Shown one piece after another: positions 18,401 through 28,300 of a stretch of 64,000 bases of DNA (position 1 is its first letter; every line of letters begins with the position of its first letter). Both the position numbers and the translations under genes were made by a program. A model generated the notes under the pieces. That model searched no databases, was not told where the DNA came from, and saw only the letters and a list, made by a program, of their open reading frames with translations. The stretch spans positions 19,107 through 83,106 of the forward strand of contig CASDVP010000007.1 of the NCBI GenBank assembly GCA_949284445.1, in the 5' to 3' direction. Source of the stretch: an uncultured Bacillota bacterium. Its GTDB lineage: Bacteria; Bacillota_I; Bacilli_A; RFN20; CAG-288.

Positions 18401-19144
18401 ATGGAGCTTCAGCAATTTCAAGCTAAGACTCCTTTAAAGCACTTAGCATTCATCATGGATGGCAATGGGCGTTGGGCTAAAAAACGTCTTTTGCCTCGTT
18501 CTATGGGTCATAAAGCCGGTGTGAAAAGAATCAAAGAGATCATTGATTCCTGCTTTTTTGATTATGGGATCAAAGCGGTCTCTCTTTTTACTTTTTCCTC
18601 TGAAAACTGGAATCGTCCTAATGAAGAAATACAGACTCTTTTTCAATTGTTAAAAGAGTTCTTCAAAGCTAATATTCAGGAATTCAAGGAGAAGGGTATC
18701 CGTATCTTTGTCTCTGGTGATTTAAGTGATCCTAGAATTCCGCCTGATGTTTTAGAGACGATCAAAGAAGCTTTAGATGAGACTAAGAATGGAGATTCTC
18801 ACTATTTCAATGTCTTATTCAATTATGGTGGAAGAAAAGAAATAGTTAAAGTCTGTAAAGAGATCTCTTCGGAAGTTTTAGAAAATAAAACATCAGTCTC
18901 CGATATCGATGAGAGTTTGATCTCTAAACACCTTTATTTTTCAAAACTTCCTGATGTTGATCTCCTCATAAGAACCAGCGGTGAAGAACGATTATCCAAC
19001 TGTCTTTTATATGAATGCGCCTATGCTGAATTCGTTTTTACGCCTTGTTATTGGCCTGATTTCACTTTGAAAGAATTATCTTCTTGTTTAGAACAATATC
19101 AAAGACGTTCACGTCGTTTTGGAGCTATCAAAAATGATCAATAA
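18401..19144 (+). CDS. uppS: Undecaprenyl-diphosphate synthase (cis-prenyltransferase).
   Basis: HLAFIMDGNGRWA and FSSENWNRP motifs. Confidence 0.95.
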   Translation: MELQQFQAKTPLKHLAFIMDGNGRWAKKRLLPRSMGHKAGVKRIKEIIDSCFFDYGIKAVSLFTFSSENWNRPNEEIQTLFQLLKEFFKANIQEFKEKGIRIFVSGDLSDPRIPPDVLETIKEALDETKNGDSHYFNVLFNYGGRKEIVKVCKEISSEVLENKTSVSDIDESLISKHLYFSKLPDVDLLIRTSGEERLSNCLLYECAYAEFVFTPCYWPDFTLKELSSCLEQYQRRSRRFGAIKNDQ

Positions 19145-20237
19145 ATTGAGTGTTTCGTCCAAGAATTCTATGCTGACTCGCATCATCACCGGTGTGGTTT
19201 TATTAGCCTTATTGGTGCCGTGTTTAGTGTTAGGCGGCTGGTTTTTCTTCGCTTTCTTTTTGGTTTTAGCAGTCGTCGGTGTCCATGAGATATTAACAGC
19301 TCCTGGTAGCACCAAGTTTCCTTGGTATGTGAAAGTTGGTGTTTATATTTTCCTCTTATCTTTTATATTCTGGATATTTATTAAAAATTGGGCTTCTAAT
19401 GGTGAAGTTCCTGGTGATTTCTATTTGAAAGACATCTTTGTGTCGATCTCTGGTCTCATCATGTATGCCTTATTCTTATTGATGGTCGCTGTCTTTTCGA
19501 CCAAAGTCACTCTTTCTGATGTCACTTATCTCTTCACAGTCGGCATCATTTTCGCTTTAGGTTTCCAGTGCATGTATTTCTTGAGATATTTTCCTAATGC
19601 GCCTGGCATCTGTTTAGATGAAGGTAATACTTTAAGAGATACTTTAGTCAATCCTTCTTGGTCTTCGTCTCCAATTTTGATTACTCAGTACATGTCTAGA
19701 TATTACGAACACTTCCATCTTTCTCAACGTTATAATTCCTCTCTCATCTTCTTCTTTATGCTGATAGGAACTTGGGGTGCTGATGTCGGGGCCTATTTCT
19801 TCGGAACTTTCTTTGGTAAACACCGCATGAATCCTCGAATCTCTCCACATAAGACTTGGGAAGGATTTATCGGTGGTGCTTTCTTCTCTGCGCTGTTATC
19901 TTTAGGTTTTGCAGCTATCTGTGAATACTGTTTCAATTCTCCTTTAGTTCCTGGACTCATTCAATTTGCGGATTCTCCTCTTTTAAAGTCGATTAATGTT
20001 TTATCAGGTACTGCTTGGCCGTTCTTAGTTTGCTTAGCTGTTTTGATGCCGATCATCGGTAATGTCGGTGGTTTTGCTTTCTCTCTGATCAAACGTCAAT
20101 TCGGTATCAAAGACTATGGTAAACTCTTTCCAGGACATGGTGGTGTCATCGATCGTTTTGATTCGATATTGACCAATTCGATCATGTGCTCTTTAGTTCT
20201 TCTCTTCACTTCACATGCCTGGAACTTCTTATTATGA
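19119..20237 (+). CDS. cdsA: Phosphatidate cytidylyltransferase, with an extended N-terminal membrane region.
   Basis: PHKTWEGFIGG signature. 372 aa against roughly 270 for a typical CdsA. The start is uncertain; the track ORF overlaps uppS by 26 nt. Confidence 0.9.
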   Translation: MELSKMINKLSVSSKNSMLTRIITGVVLLALLVPCLVLGGWFFFAFFLVLAVVGVHEILTAPGSTKFPWYVKVGVYIFLLSFIFWIFIKNWASNGEVPGDFYLKDIFVSISGLIMYALFLLMVAVFSTKVTLSDVTYLFTVGIIFALGFQCMYFLRYFPNAPGICLDEGNTLRDTLVNPSWSSSPILITQYMSRYYEHFHLSQRYNSSLIFFFMLIGTWGADVGAYFFGTFFGKHRMNPRISPHKTWEGFIGGAFFSALLSLGFAAICEYCFNSPLVPGLIQFADSPLLKSINVLSGTAWPFLVCLAVLMPIIGNVGGFAFSLIKRQFGIKDYGKLFPGHGGVIDRFDSILTNSIMCSLVLLFTSHAWNFLL

Positions 20238-21418
20238 GAGAAAAAATCATCGTTTTAGGTGCTACTGGTTCCATCGGTAGACAATGCTTAGATATTTTAA
20301 AATATTCCTTCGACTATGAATTAGTCGGTGTTTCTTTTAATTCTCAGATCGAACTATTAGAACCTTATCTCTTTTATTTTGATTCTTTAAAATATGTCGC
20401 TATCTCTGATGAAACGAAAGCGAAAGTCTTTCAAAAGCGACATCCTTCTTATGTCGTTTTATCTGGTCCTAGCGCTAATGTTCAATTAGTTAAAGAATGT
20501 CGTTCGACAGTTTTTAATTCTTTGATGGGTAATGTCGGCTTAGAACCGACGATCACCGCCATCAATCTCGGTTTAGATGTTCTGTTGTCGAATAAAGAAT
20601 CGTTAGTGATCGGTTCTTCACTGATCAAAAAAGCCTTAGAAACTTCTAAGAGTCATCTCTATCCTGTCGATAGCGAGCATGTTGCCCTAGCTAAATTGCT
20701 TGCTACTTTAAAAGAAAAAGGGATCAAAAACGAAGATATATCTTCTTTATATGTGACTGCTAGCGGTGGTTCTTTAAGAGATAAAAAATATTCAGAGTTA
20801 CCTAGTGTCACTAGTGAAGAAGTTTTACACCATCCCACATGGCACATGGGAAATAAGATCACAGTCGATTCAGCTACTCTAGTCAACAAAGGTTTTGAAG
20901 TCATAGAAGCCAGTGTCTTATTTAATTTTCCGTTAGATAAGATCAAAGCTTGCATCTGTAAGGAATCCTTAGTTCATGCTCTAATTGAATATCAAGAGCA
21001 TGGTGAGACTAAATACATCTATGAATATTCACCATGCGACATGAAAGTCAGCATCTCTTATGCTTTATCTAAAGGAACTTTAAAAACACATGAGTTGGAT
21101 GCTGAAGATGAAGAAGAGGTGAGAAAACTTCATTTTGGCAAGATCGATAAAGCGTTTTATCCTGCATTTGATTTAACAATTGCGATGTTTAAGAAATATT
21201 CTAATATCGGGATGATATACTATAATGCGGTTGATACTAAGGCTATCAATGCTTTCTTAAATAAAGAGATCGCTTATCTTGATATTTATAAAGCCTTAAA
21301 ATACGCTTATGATCATCTACAAATAGATGAAGAATTCACGTTATTCAATCTTCCTTTGATCATCAAACAAGCTGAAGTATATGCTGATGAAGTCATCAGA
21401 CAGATAGGAGAAAGATAG
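20234..21418 (+). CDS. dxr: 1-deoxy-D-xylulose 5-phosphate reductoisomerase (MEP pathway).
   Basis: Carries VLGATGSIG, LSNKESLV, PVDSEH, VTASGG and HPTWHMGNKITVDSATLVNKG motifs. The start is taken at MREKIIVLG, giving an ATGA overlap with cdsA; the track ORF starts 16 codons upstream. Confidence 0.9.
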   Translation: MREKIIVLGATGSIGRQCLDILKYSFDYELVGVSFNSQIELLEPYLFYFDSLKYVAISDETKAKVFQKRHPSYVVLSGPSANVQLVKECRSTVFNSLMGNVGLEPTITAINLGLDVLLSNKESLVIGSSLIKKALETSKSHLYPVDSEHVALAKLLATLKEKGIKNEDISSLYVTASGGSLRDKKYSELPSVTSEEVLHHPTWHMGNKITVDSATLVNKGFEVIEASVLFNFPLDKIKACICKESLVHALIEYQEHGETKYIYEYSPCDMKVSISYALSKGTLKTHELDAEDEEEVRKLHFGKIDKAFYPAFDLTIAMFKKYSNIGMIYYNAVDTKAINAFLNKEIAYLDIYKALKYAYDHLQIDEEFTLFNLPLIIKQAEVYADEVIRQIGER

Positions 21419-21420
21419 TT

Positions 21421-22761
21421 ATGCAAATATTCATCAATATCGTTGTCTTTATCGTCGCTTTATTATTAGTCATCTGTATTCATGAATTAGGTCATTTCAT
21501 GGTCGCAAAGATCTGTAATGTCTATTGCTTTGAATATTCGATCGGCTTTGGACCGGCTATCTTCAAACATAAATTCAAACATAAAAGATATGTTCATCCG
21601 AAACAGAAAAAAGATGAACCTTTATATGATGCTCTCACCAAAGATATCGATAAAGAAGGCAAGTATGAAAAAGTTGAAGGTGAGACTCAGTTCTGCATCC
21701 GTCTTTTACCATTAGGCGGATATGTTTCTATGGCTGGTGAAGACGATGATGATGCCGATATCAAAGTGCCTAAGAACCGCACTTTAAACGGTGTCAATCA
21801 CTTCAAACAGATCTGCATCATGTTAGCTGGTATCGCTATGAACTTCATCCTCTGCTTCTTGTTATTCTTCATCTCTTTCTCATTCTGTCCTCAAACCGCT
21901 TATCATAACGATTCCAATACTGTTGAAGTTGCTAAGGATACCGCTATCTATGATGCTGGTTTAAGAAGCGGTGATAAGATCACTTCTTTATATCAAGTGT
22001 ATGAAAATCTCGTCGATATCAAGACACAAGAAGTCATCCCATCGATCTCTTTCCCAGCTGAAGGTGATCGTCAACCCTTAGATAGTTATATGTTATTTAA
22101 TGATGGAGCTAGTTCTGGAACCTTTGACGAATTAGAACACACCAGTATCGCCTATGCTTCTCAGAACATGCTCACGATCGAATTTGAAAACAATCCTTTT
22201 GCAGATTTAGTCGCTAATGCTAATTCTAAAAGGATCATTCATTTAGATTATGTCGATAGTGAAGGTGTCACTCACGAAGATATCAGCTTCACTATCTCAC
22301 CTGAATTAGTCGATGATGTCTATGTTTTTGAAAATATGGGTATTTCAGCCACTTCTTATAATTTCACTTATGGAGCTGCTGAAGGTGTTAAGATCGCTGG
22401 TCAACAATTCGGAAACCTCTTTGTCGGTATCTATCAAGCTTTAGGAAATCTTTTCACCGCTAGTGGTTGGCAGAATATCGGTGGTCTCATCTCTGTTTAT
22501 CAGATGTCTGCTCAAGGGGTTGAATCTGGTTCGATCGCTTATGTTCTATATCTCTGGGGTTATATCTCTTTAAACTTGGGCTGCTTTAATCTTCTTCCTA
22601 TCCCAGGTTTAGATGGCTGGCAGACTCTTATAGCCTTAGGAGAAACCATCACTAGAAAGAAAGCTCCTACTAAGTTTAAAGCTATCGCTAATACTATCGG
22701 TTTATTATTGCTATTAGGATTAGGTGTCGCTCTCATCATTAAAGATGTGATCATGTTCTGA
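21421..22761 (+). CDS. rseP: RIP zinc metalloprotease (site-2 protease) RseP.
   Basis: HELGHFMVAK HExxH motif in TM1, a PDZ-like middle region, and C-terminal LDG...membrane segments. Confidence 0.9.
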   Translation: MQIFINIVVFIVALLLVICIHELGHFMVAKICNVYCFEYSIGFGPAIFKHKFKHKRYVHPKQKKDEPLYDALTKDIDKEGKYEKVEGETQFCIRLLPLGGYVSMAGEDDDDADIKVPKNRTLNGVNHFKQICIMLAGIAMNFILCFLLFFISFSFCPQTAYHNDSNTVEVAKDTAIYDAGLRSGDKITSLYQVYENLVDIKTQEVIPSISFPAEGDRQPLDSYMLFNDGASSGTFDELEHTSIAYASQNMLTIEFENNPFADLVANANSKRIIHLDYVDSEGVTHEDISFTISPELVDDVYVFENMGISATSYNFTYGAAEGVKIAGQQFGNLFVGIYQALGNLFTASGWQNIGGLISVYQMSAQGVESGSIAYVLYLWGYISLNLGCFNLLPIPGLDGWQTLIALGETITRKKAPTKFKAIANTIGLLLLLGLGVALIIKDVIMF

Positions 22762-22786
22762 TGTTATCGATTTAAAAATGAAAAAG

Positions 22787-22830
22787 AAACTACGATCTAT
22801 TAAAAGTGGGTCGTAGTTTTTAATGAACAG
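22787..22830 (+). terminator. Rho-independent terminator after rseP.
   Basis: ACTACGATC...GGTCGTAGT stem followed by TTTTTAA. Confidence 0.6.
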
Positions 22831-22948
22831 GTGTTTTTCTGATTGTACTAATTAAAAACATCATCAGTATGACTGGTGTTTGTGGCTTTATCGAAAGTAA
22901 TCAGATCGTTTTGCTATGTAAGATTTAAAGCTTTTGAAAATTAATAGG

Positions 22949-23128
22949 TTATTCTACTTCTTTTTCAAATACTATGACGCAGGCGTAAAGCCATTGAGAA
23001 AATTCAAATTGAACAAGTCTCCAACCTTCACTAGCTTTTTCATCAAGAACCTCTTGTAACTTGTTTGTTAGTGATTTCTTGGTTATAGCATAGCCGATTG
23101 TCACTGTTTCATATTGATATTTTTTCAT
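22949..23128 (-). CDS. Small DUF4177-like protein (59 aa). It is absent from the supplied ORF track, which only lists ORFs of 60 aa or more.
   Basis: Translation: MKKYQYETVTIGYAITKKSLTNKLQEVLDEKASEGWRLVQFEFSQWLYACVIVFEKEVE. The EGWRLV core and overall pattern match DUF4177. GGAGAT lies 7 nt upstream of the ATG. Confidence 0.55.
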   Translation of the reverse strand: MKKYQYETVTIGYAITKKSLTNKLQEVLDEKASEGWRLVQFEFSQWLYACVIVFEKEVE

Positions 23129-24273
23129 TTTATCATCTCCAATTATTTCATCTCATCTAATGTATTCTTGTTATTAACTAATCTAATAAAAGCATAAATT
23201 TGAATTGTATGACAACTGAGTACTTGTAGCCAAAAAAATTAGTGCACAAAGCTTATCCATATTATATTCGACGCACTTTTTCTCAACAATAGTAGCTGTT
23301 TATTGAGTTCTAATGACTATTACAATCAAAACATATTTATTTTGAAATATTGCGATAAAATAGGCACTGATTTTTGATTTTGTTGAATTTTCGGAAAATC
23401 ATTTTTTATACAAAAATGGCTCCTTCTTTTTGTTATCATTTTATGGGTATAGTCCAATACCAAAAAATGAAGCAAAAAGGTGGAAACCATGCTTAATTTT
23501 AGCAATTTTAATCGTGACGTAAAAGAGATGTTTTTAAGGTATGTTGGAAAAATTACAAAGTCAACAGAAATAACTAGAAAAAATAGGTAAATATGCTCTA
23601 GAGATATATCAAATAAAAATAGGGCTTCAGAATCTAATGCAACATATAAAAACACAACCACAAGTAAAGCGAAGAATAAGAAGAAAGATAGCTGTCCAAA
23701 TGCGACTTTTTTAAAATAATTCTCTATTTTTAAGTGGCAAAACATTAAAACTCAATTAGATTCATGCTTGTGAGATTTTTACAAAATGAATGAGTAAACT
23801 TTAAGGTGCCTTTTTCTAATAGAACCAAACGGCTAAAAATGTGGCAGTTCTAACCTGTTTTTATCTGTTAGTGAAATGCTAAAACTGAAAAAGCGCCCGA
23901 TTTTTCAAGCAAAAAGCTTTCATTTTGACACCATTGGTGTGTTTCAAAGTGTTAGTTATAAAATATCAAGCGGACTTCTTAACAGTTATTAATAATCCAG
24001 AGGAAAAAAGTTGAAGAATAGAATGTTGTAAAGTCTTTGAAGGACAATGTCTCTCAAAATGTCCTCTAAAAACCATTTAAGCTTTAATCAAGATGTGATT
24101 ATAAAACTTTACAGTTACAAATTCAAAACAACTATTACTCAAAAATGAATCTGTTGTACAAGATGCTCAAAAGTATAAAAATATCTGCAAAATTATGAAG
24201 AACTAGTTATATTAAGTTTGTTATAGATAAAGGTGGTCAGTAAAAAGATTGCGATTTTTTATATAGCACAATT

Positions 24274-24535
24274 GTGTTGTTGAAAAATGTCGGTAAAGAT
24301 ATCGGTAAAAATGACGGTAAATATGTCGGTGAAAATGTCGGAGAAAAAACTCTTGAAGAGCAGCTGATTAATGCAATTAAAAATAAGCCTAATATTTCTC
24401 AAAGAGAAATGGCTACGTTAATCGGAAATTCAACCAAAACTATTGAGAGAATAATCAAGTTTTCAAATAGAATAAGACGTATTGGTCCAAACAAAAGGCG
24501 GCTATTGGGAAATCATTGACAGAAAAGAAGATTAG
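24274..24535 (+). pseudogene. Frameshifted C-terminal fragment of an AlbA_2/'RecG C-terminal' HTH-domain protein (putative transcriptional regulator or ATP-binding protein family).
   Basis: The ORF encodes ...EEQLINAIKNKPNISQREMATLIGNSTKTIERIIKFSNRIRRIGPNK. After the A-run at about 24492 the +1 frame continues GGYWEIIDRKED*, which is the canonical family ending (..RIGP.KGGYWE.). No N-terminal domain ORF lies upstream. The fragment starts with VGKDIGKNDGKYVGENVGEK repeats, a typical linker in this family. Confidence 0.55.
24286..24345 (+). repeat. Five tandem 12-nt repeat units (GTCGGTAAAAAT-like) that encode the VGxx repeats.
   Basis: Units are atgtcggtaaag / atatcggtaaaa / atgacggtaaat / atgtcggtgaaa / atgtcggagaaa. 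Confidence 0.6.
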
Positions 24536-24595
24536 ATTACTGTTATTAAAAATATTCTAGATATCATTAGATTAAAGTGTTTTAAATAAATACTA

Positions 24596-24640
24596 AAAAA
24601 GCCCACTAGGCCTGTTGTAGCTTAATGGGCTTTTATAAGA
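24596..24640. terminator. Bidirectional rho-independent terminator; ends the hsp20 transcript on the minus strand.
   Basis: AAAAAAGCCCA...TGGGCTTTT: a stem flanked by an A-run and a T-run. Confidence 0.6.
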
Positions 24641-24644
24641 GGGA

Positions 24645-25124
24645 TTACTTGATCTCGATGTATTTATCTTCTTCTTGCTGAGGTTTATTTTTAGGGATAG
24701 TAATAGTTAAGACACCATTATTAGTAGAAGCGTTGATATCAGATTTCTTCACGCTGTTACCGACATAGAAGGAACGAGAATAGTTGCCACTAGAACGTTC
24801 ATAGTGGATATATTTACCTTCTCCTTCTTTGCTAGAATGATCGAATTTGGCTTGAACATTAAGATAACCGTTCTCTAATGAAATCTTGATATCTTTCTTA
24901 TCGACACCAGGGATTTCGACTTCGAGTTTATAGTCGTTGCCTTCATCTTTGATATCAGTTCTCATCAAGTCGAAGCTCTCGTCATCTCCATTGAAGAAAC
25001 TGTCATCGAATAAATTTAAGAAAGGATGGAAGAAGGATAAGCTAGAATGGTTTCTGTTTTGACGATCTTTACGATAGTTCTCGTTTTCATTTCTTCTTTG
25101 CATCTCATTTTTTTGTTCATTCAT
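24645..25124 (-). CDS. ibpA: Small heat shock protein of the Hsp20/alpha-crystallin family.
   Basis: Alpha-crystallin domain with a C-terminal GVLTITIPK motif. 159 aa. Confidence 0.9.
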   Translation of the reverse strand: MNEQKNEMQRRNENENYRKDRQNRNHSSLSFFHPFLNLFDDSFFNGDDESFDLMRTDIKDEGNDYKLEVEIPGVDKKDIKISLENGYLNVQAKFDHSSKEGEGKYIHYERSSGNYSRSFYVGNSVKKSDINASTNNGVLTITIPKNKPQQEEDKYIEIK

Positions 25125-25139
25125 AATTAATTGCCTCCG

Positions 25140-25166
25140 TTAGCACTCACTTTTCTTAAGTGCTAA
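25140..25166. promoter_or_regulatory. CIRCE operator (HrcA binding site), copy 1.
   Basis: TTAGCACTC-N9-AAGTGCTAA against the consensus TTAGCACTC-N9-GAGTGCTAA (one mismatch). It lies immediately upstream of the hsp20 RBS. Confidence 0.8.
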
Positions 25167-25184
25167 TTATAGTATAGTCAGAAA

Positions 25185-25211
25185 TTAGCACTTTTCAAGT
25201 GCAAGTGCTAA
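25185..25211. promoter_or_regulatory. CIRCE-like operator, copy 2.
   Basis: TTAGCACTT-N9-AAGTGCTAA, 45 nt from copy 1. Confidence 0.65.
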
Positions 25212-25396
25212 ATATTTTTAATCAATTTTGAAATATTGCGATATTTATCGACAAATTTATTAAAAAAATATTTTTGTAAAAATGACTTTCATAATTTTCT
25301 TAATGCGTTTTTATAGCCCTAGTGCTAGAATAATTACTAGTAATTTTTCCCCTCTATTCAGGTCTAAAATCGTGTTTTGATAATAAAGGGCTCAAT

Positions 25397-28300
25397 ATGG
25401 ATTCATTATTTGAAAGATTTTTAACAAAGGTTAAAATCAATGATTTAAAACCTTTCGAAGAAGGTTCTTTTGATAAGTTAATAAACGAAAAAGAAAACAA
25501 TTGTGTTGTCGCTAACATCGTCTTTCCCCACTATTTACCTTATAAGGCCTATCAAGATTTCTTCGATGCTATTTCTACTTTCACCGCCATCGGTGGTTTT
25601 AGCATGAAGATAACTTTTTCTTATAAAGATGAGAGATCTTATTTTCCACGTCTTTTAGAAGAATTCAAAGAAGCGATGAAATGTCAGCTTTTAGATGATG
25701 TTTACTTTTATGAGACTGAAAACAAAGTCCTGTTTTATTATCAAAAGACTGAACAAGCTAAACAGATCAGCGATGAGATCAGAAAGTTCAACGACTTTCT
25801 AGATTCCATCTCTTCATCTTATAAATTGATGATGCAAGAGAAGATCTATATGAGTGATGATTTTTCTAAGAAAAGAGATCAAGAATATCAAAAGACAGCT
25901 CTTGATACGATGAAGAACATCAAGATTCAAGAAGAGATCAATTCCACCTATCAGCCTTGTAAATTAAAAGATATCGAAAATTTTCCTAAAGTCATCGTTG
26001 CTGGCACTATTTTTAAAGTCGATGATCGCAAATCTAAAAAGATGACTCTCATCCGTTCACTAGAACTATATGATGGGACTGATTCTGTTAAGGTCACTAT
26101 CTTTGAAGGTAAAAAGATGACCTTAGAAGAGGTCTTAAAATATGATGTCGGAGTCAAAGTTAAGATCTATGGAAGAACTTTTTATGATTCATATTCTAGG
26201 GATGAGATCTCTATCGAAGTAGATAAGATTGAACAGATCGAAAACGATCCTTTAAGAATGGACACCAGTCCGGAAAAGAGAGTCGAATTACATTTACATA
26301 CTAAACTTTCAGCTTTAGATGGTTTAGCTGATTTTGCTTCTTATGCAGAAGCTGCTAAACGCTTTGGTCATAAAGCTTTAGCAGTCACCGATCACGGTGT
26401 TTGCCAAGCCTTTCCGAAAGCTCAAGCAGCAGGTAAGAAATACGGTCTTAAAGTTTTGTATGGAACGGAATTTTATATCGTTGATGACTCTCTCAGATAT
26501 ATTTTCAATCCCGATAAAACCCGTGTGTTAAATAAGTCAGACTATGTCATCTTCGACTTAGAGACGACCGGTTTATCAGCTAGATATGACCGCATCATCG
26601 AATTCGGTGCTGTCAAAATCGATTCAGCTGGTCAAGTCATAGATACGATTGACTTCTTCGTCAATCCTGATAGAAAGCTATCGAGGTTCTCTATCGAAGA
26701 ATCACATATCTCACAAGAACAGGTCGATCACGGTAAACCCATTAAAGAAGCTTTGAAGATGATCAAAGAATTCTTCGGAGATAGTGTTTTAGTCGCTCAT
26801 AACGCTAGCTTTGACTACGGTTTTTTAAATGAAGCTTTAAAGAATAACGGATTAGAAGGGATCAAGAATCCAGTCATAGATACTCTTCCTATCTCTATTT
26901 ATTTATATCCGGAAAAGAAACGTCATACTGAAGGAACCTTAGCCAGGGAATTAGATATTCAGTTTGATGAGATCTCCGCTCACCGAGCTAATTATGATGC
27001 TCTGATCTTATCTAAAATATTGCAGGTTTTTATCGCTAAACTGACTAAAGACAACGAGAAACTCACCCATGCTGATTTAGCTGACTTACCTGTCACTGAT
27101 CAGATGATCTTATGCATGCATCCTTATCATGCTACTTGTTATGTGAAGAACACCGCTGGTTTAAAAGACTTATATAAATTGATCTCTTTATCACAGATCA
27201 AATATATCTCTTCTAACGGCTATCCGCTTTTACCTAAGAGCGCACTGACTAAAGCGAGAGAGAACCTCATTATCGGTTCAGCCTGTTTAAACGGTGAAGT
27301 CTTTGAAGCAGCTATGACTAAATCCTCAGATGTCTTAAAAGAAGTTATGTCTTACTATGATTTCATCGAAGTTCAACCTCCTGCTAACTATTTATATTTG
27401 ATCAACAAAGGTCAGTTATCGAATATGGATGATGTCAAACATATCCTTTCAGATCTGATATCAGATGCTTTATCTATCAATAAACTTGTCTGTGCAACTG
27501 GTGATTGTCATTATTTAAATCCCGAAGATAAAATTTTGAGAGATGTTTATATCTCGGCTAGAGGCTTAAAAGGTGCTAGACATCCTCTTAACTTAGCTCC
27601 GTATGAAAATGCCAGTGAAGAAGTCAAAAAAGCATATTATAAGCATCCTTTTATCAATCCAGATCAGCACTTCAGAACCACTGATGAAATGTTAGAATGT
27701 TTTTCATTTTTAAACGATGATAAATTAGTGCATGATATCGTCATCACTAACACCAATAAAGTCGCTGATATGATCGCAGATGATATCAAGCCAGTTAGAG
27801 ATAAACTTTATCCACCTAAGATTGAAGGAAACGAACAGCTTTTGACTGACTTAGTTTTTAAAACTGCCAAGGAAAAGTATGGTGATCCATTACCGAAAGA
27901 GATTCAAGAACGTCTCGACACTGAATTACATGGTATCATCTCTAACGGTTATTCAGTCATTTACTGGATCTCATCCCTTTTAGTCCGTTGGTCTAATGAA
28001 CAAGGCTATATGATCGGTTCACGTGGCTCAGTCGGTTCCTCATTAGTCGCAACCATGTCTGGCATCACAGAAGTCAATCCTTTACCCCCACATTATATCT
28101 GCCCGAAATGTCATCATTTAGAATGGGTAGATCCTAATAAATACGGTTCTGGTTATGACCTTCCGGAAAAGATCTGTCCTGAATGCGGAAGCAAATTAAA
28201 GGGCGATGGTCAAAATATTCCTTTCGCGACTTTCTTAGGCTTCCATGCTGAAAAAGTGCCTGATATCGATTTGAACTTTCCATCTGATTTCCAAAGCATC

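Noticed and set aside
23326-23745. 139-aa minus-strand ORF in the rseP-hsp20 gap.
   Set aside because: It is low-complexity and Phe/Leu-rich, sits in an AT-rich decayed region with no RBS or motif, and is probably spurious. Not fully excluded as a small membrane protein.
24286-24345. 12-nt periodic repeats as a possible CRISPR or other array.
   Set aside because: The units are contiguous with no spacers and encode an in-frame VGxx peptide repeat, which is typical of this protein family's linker.
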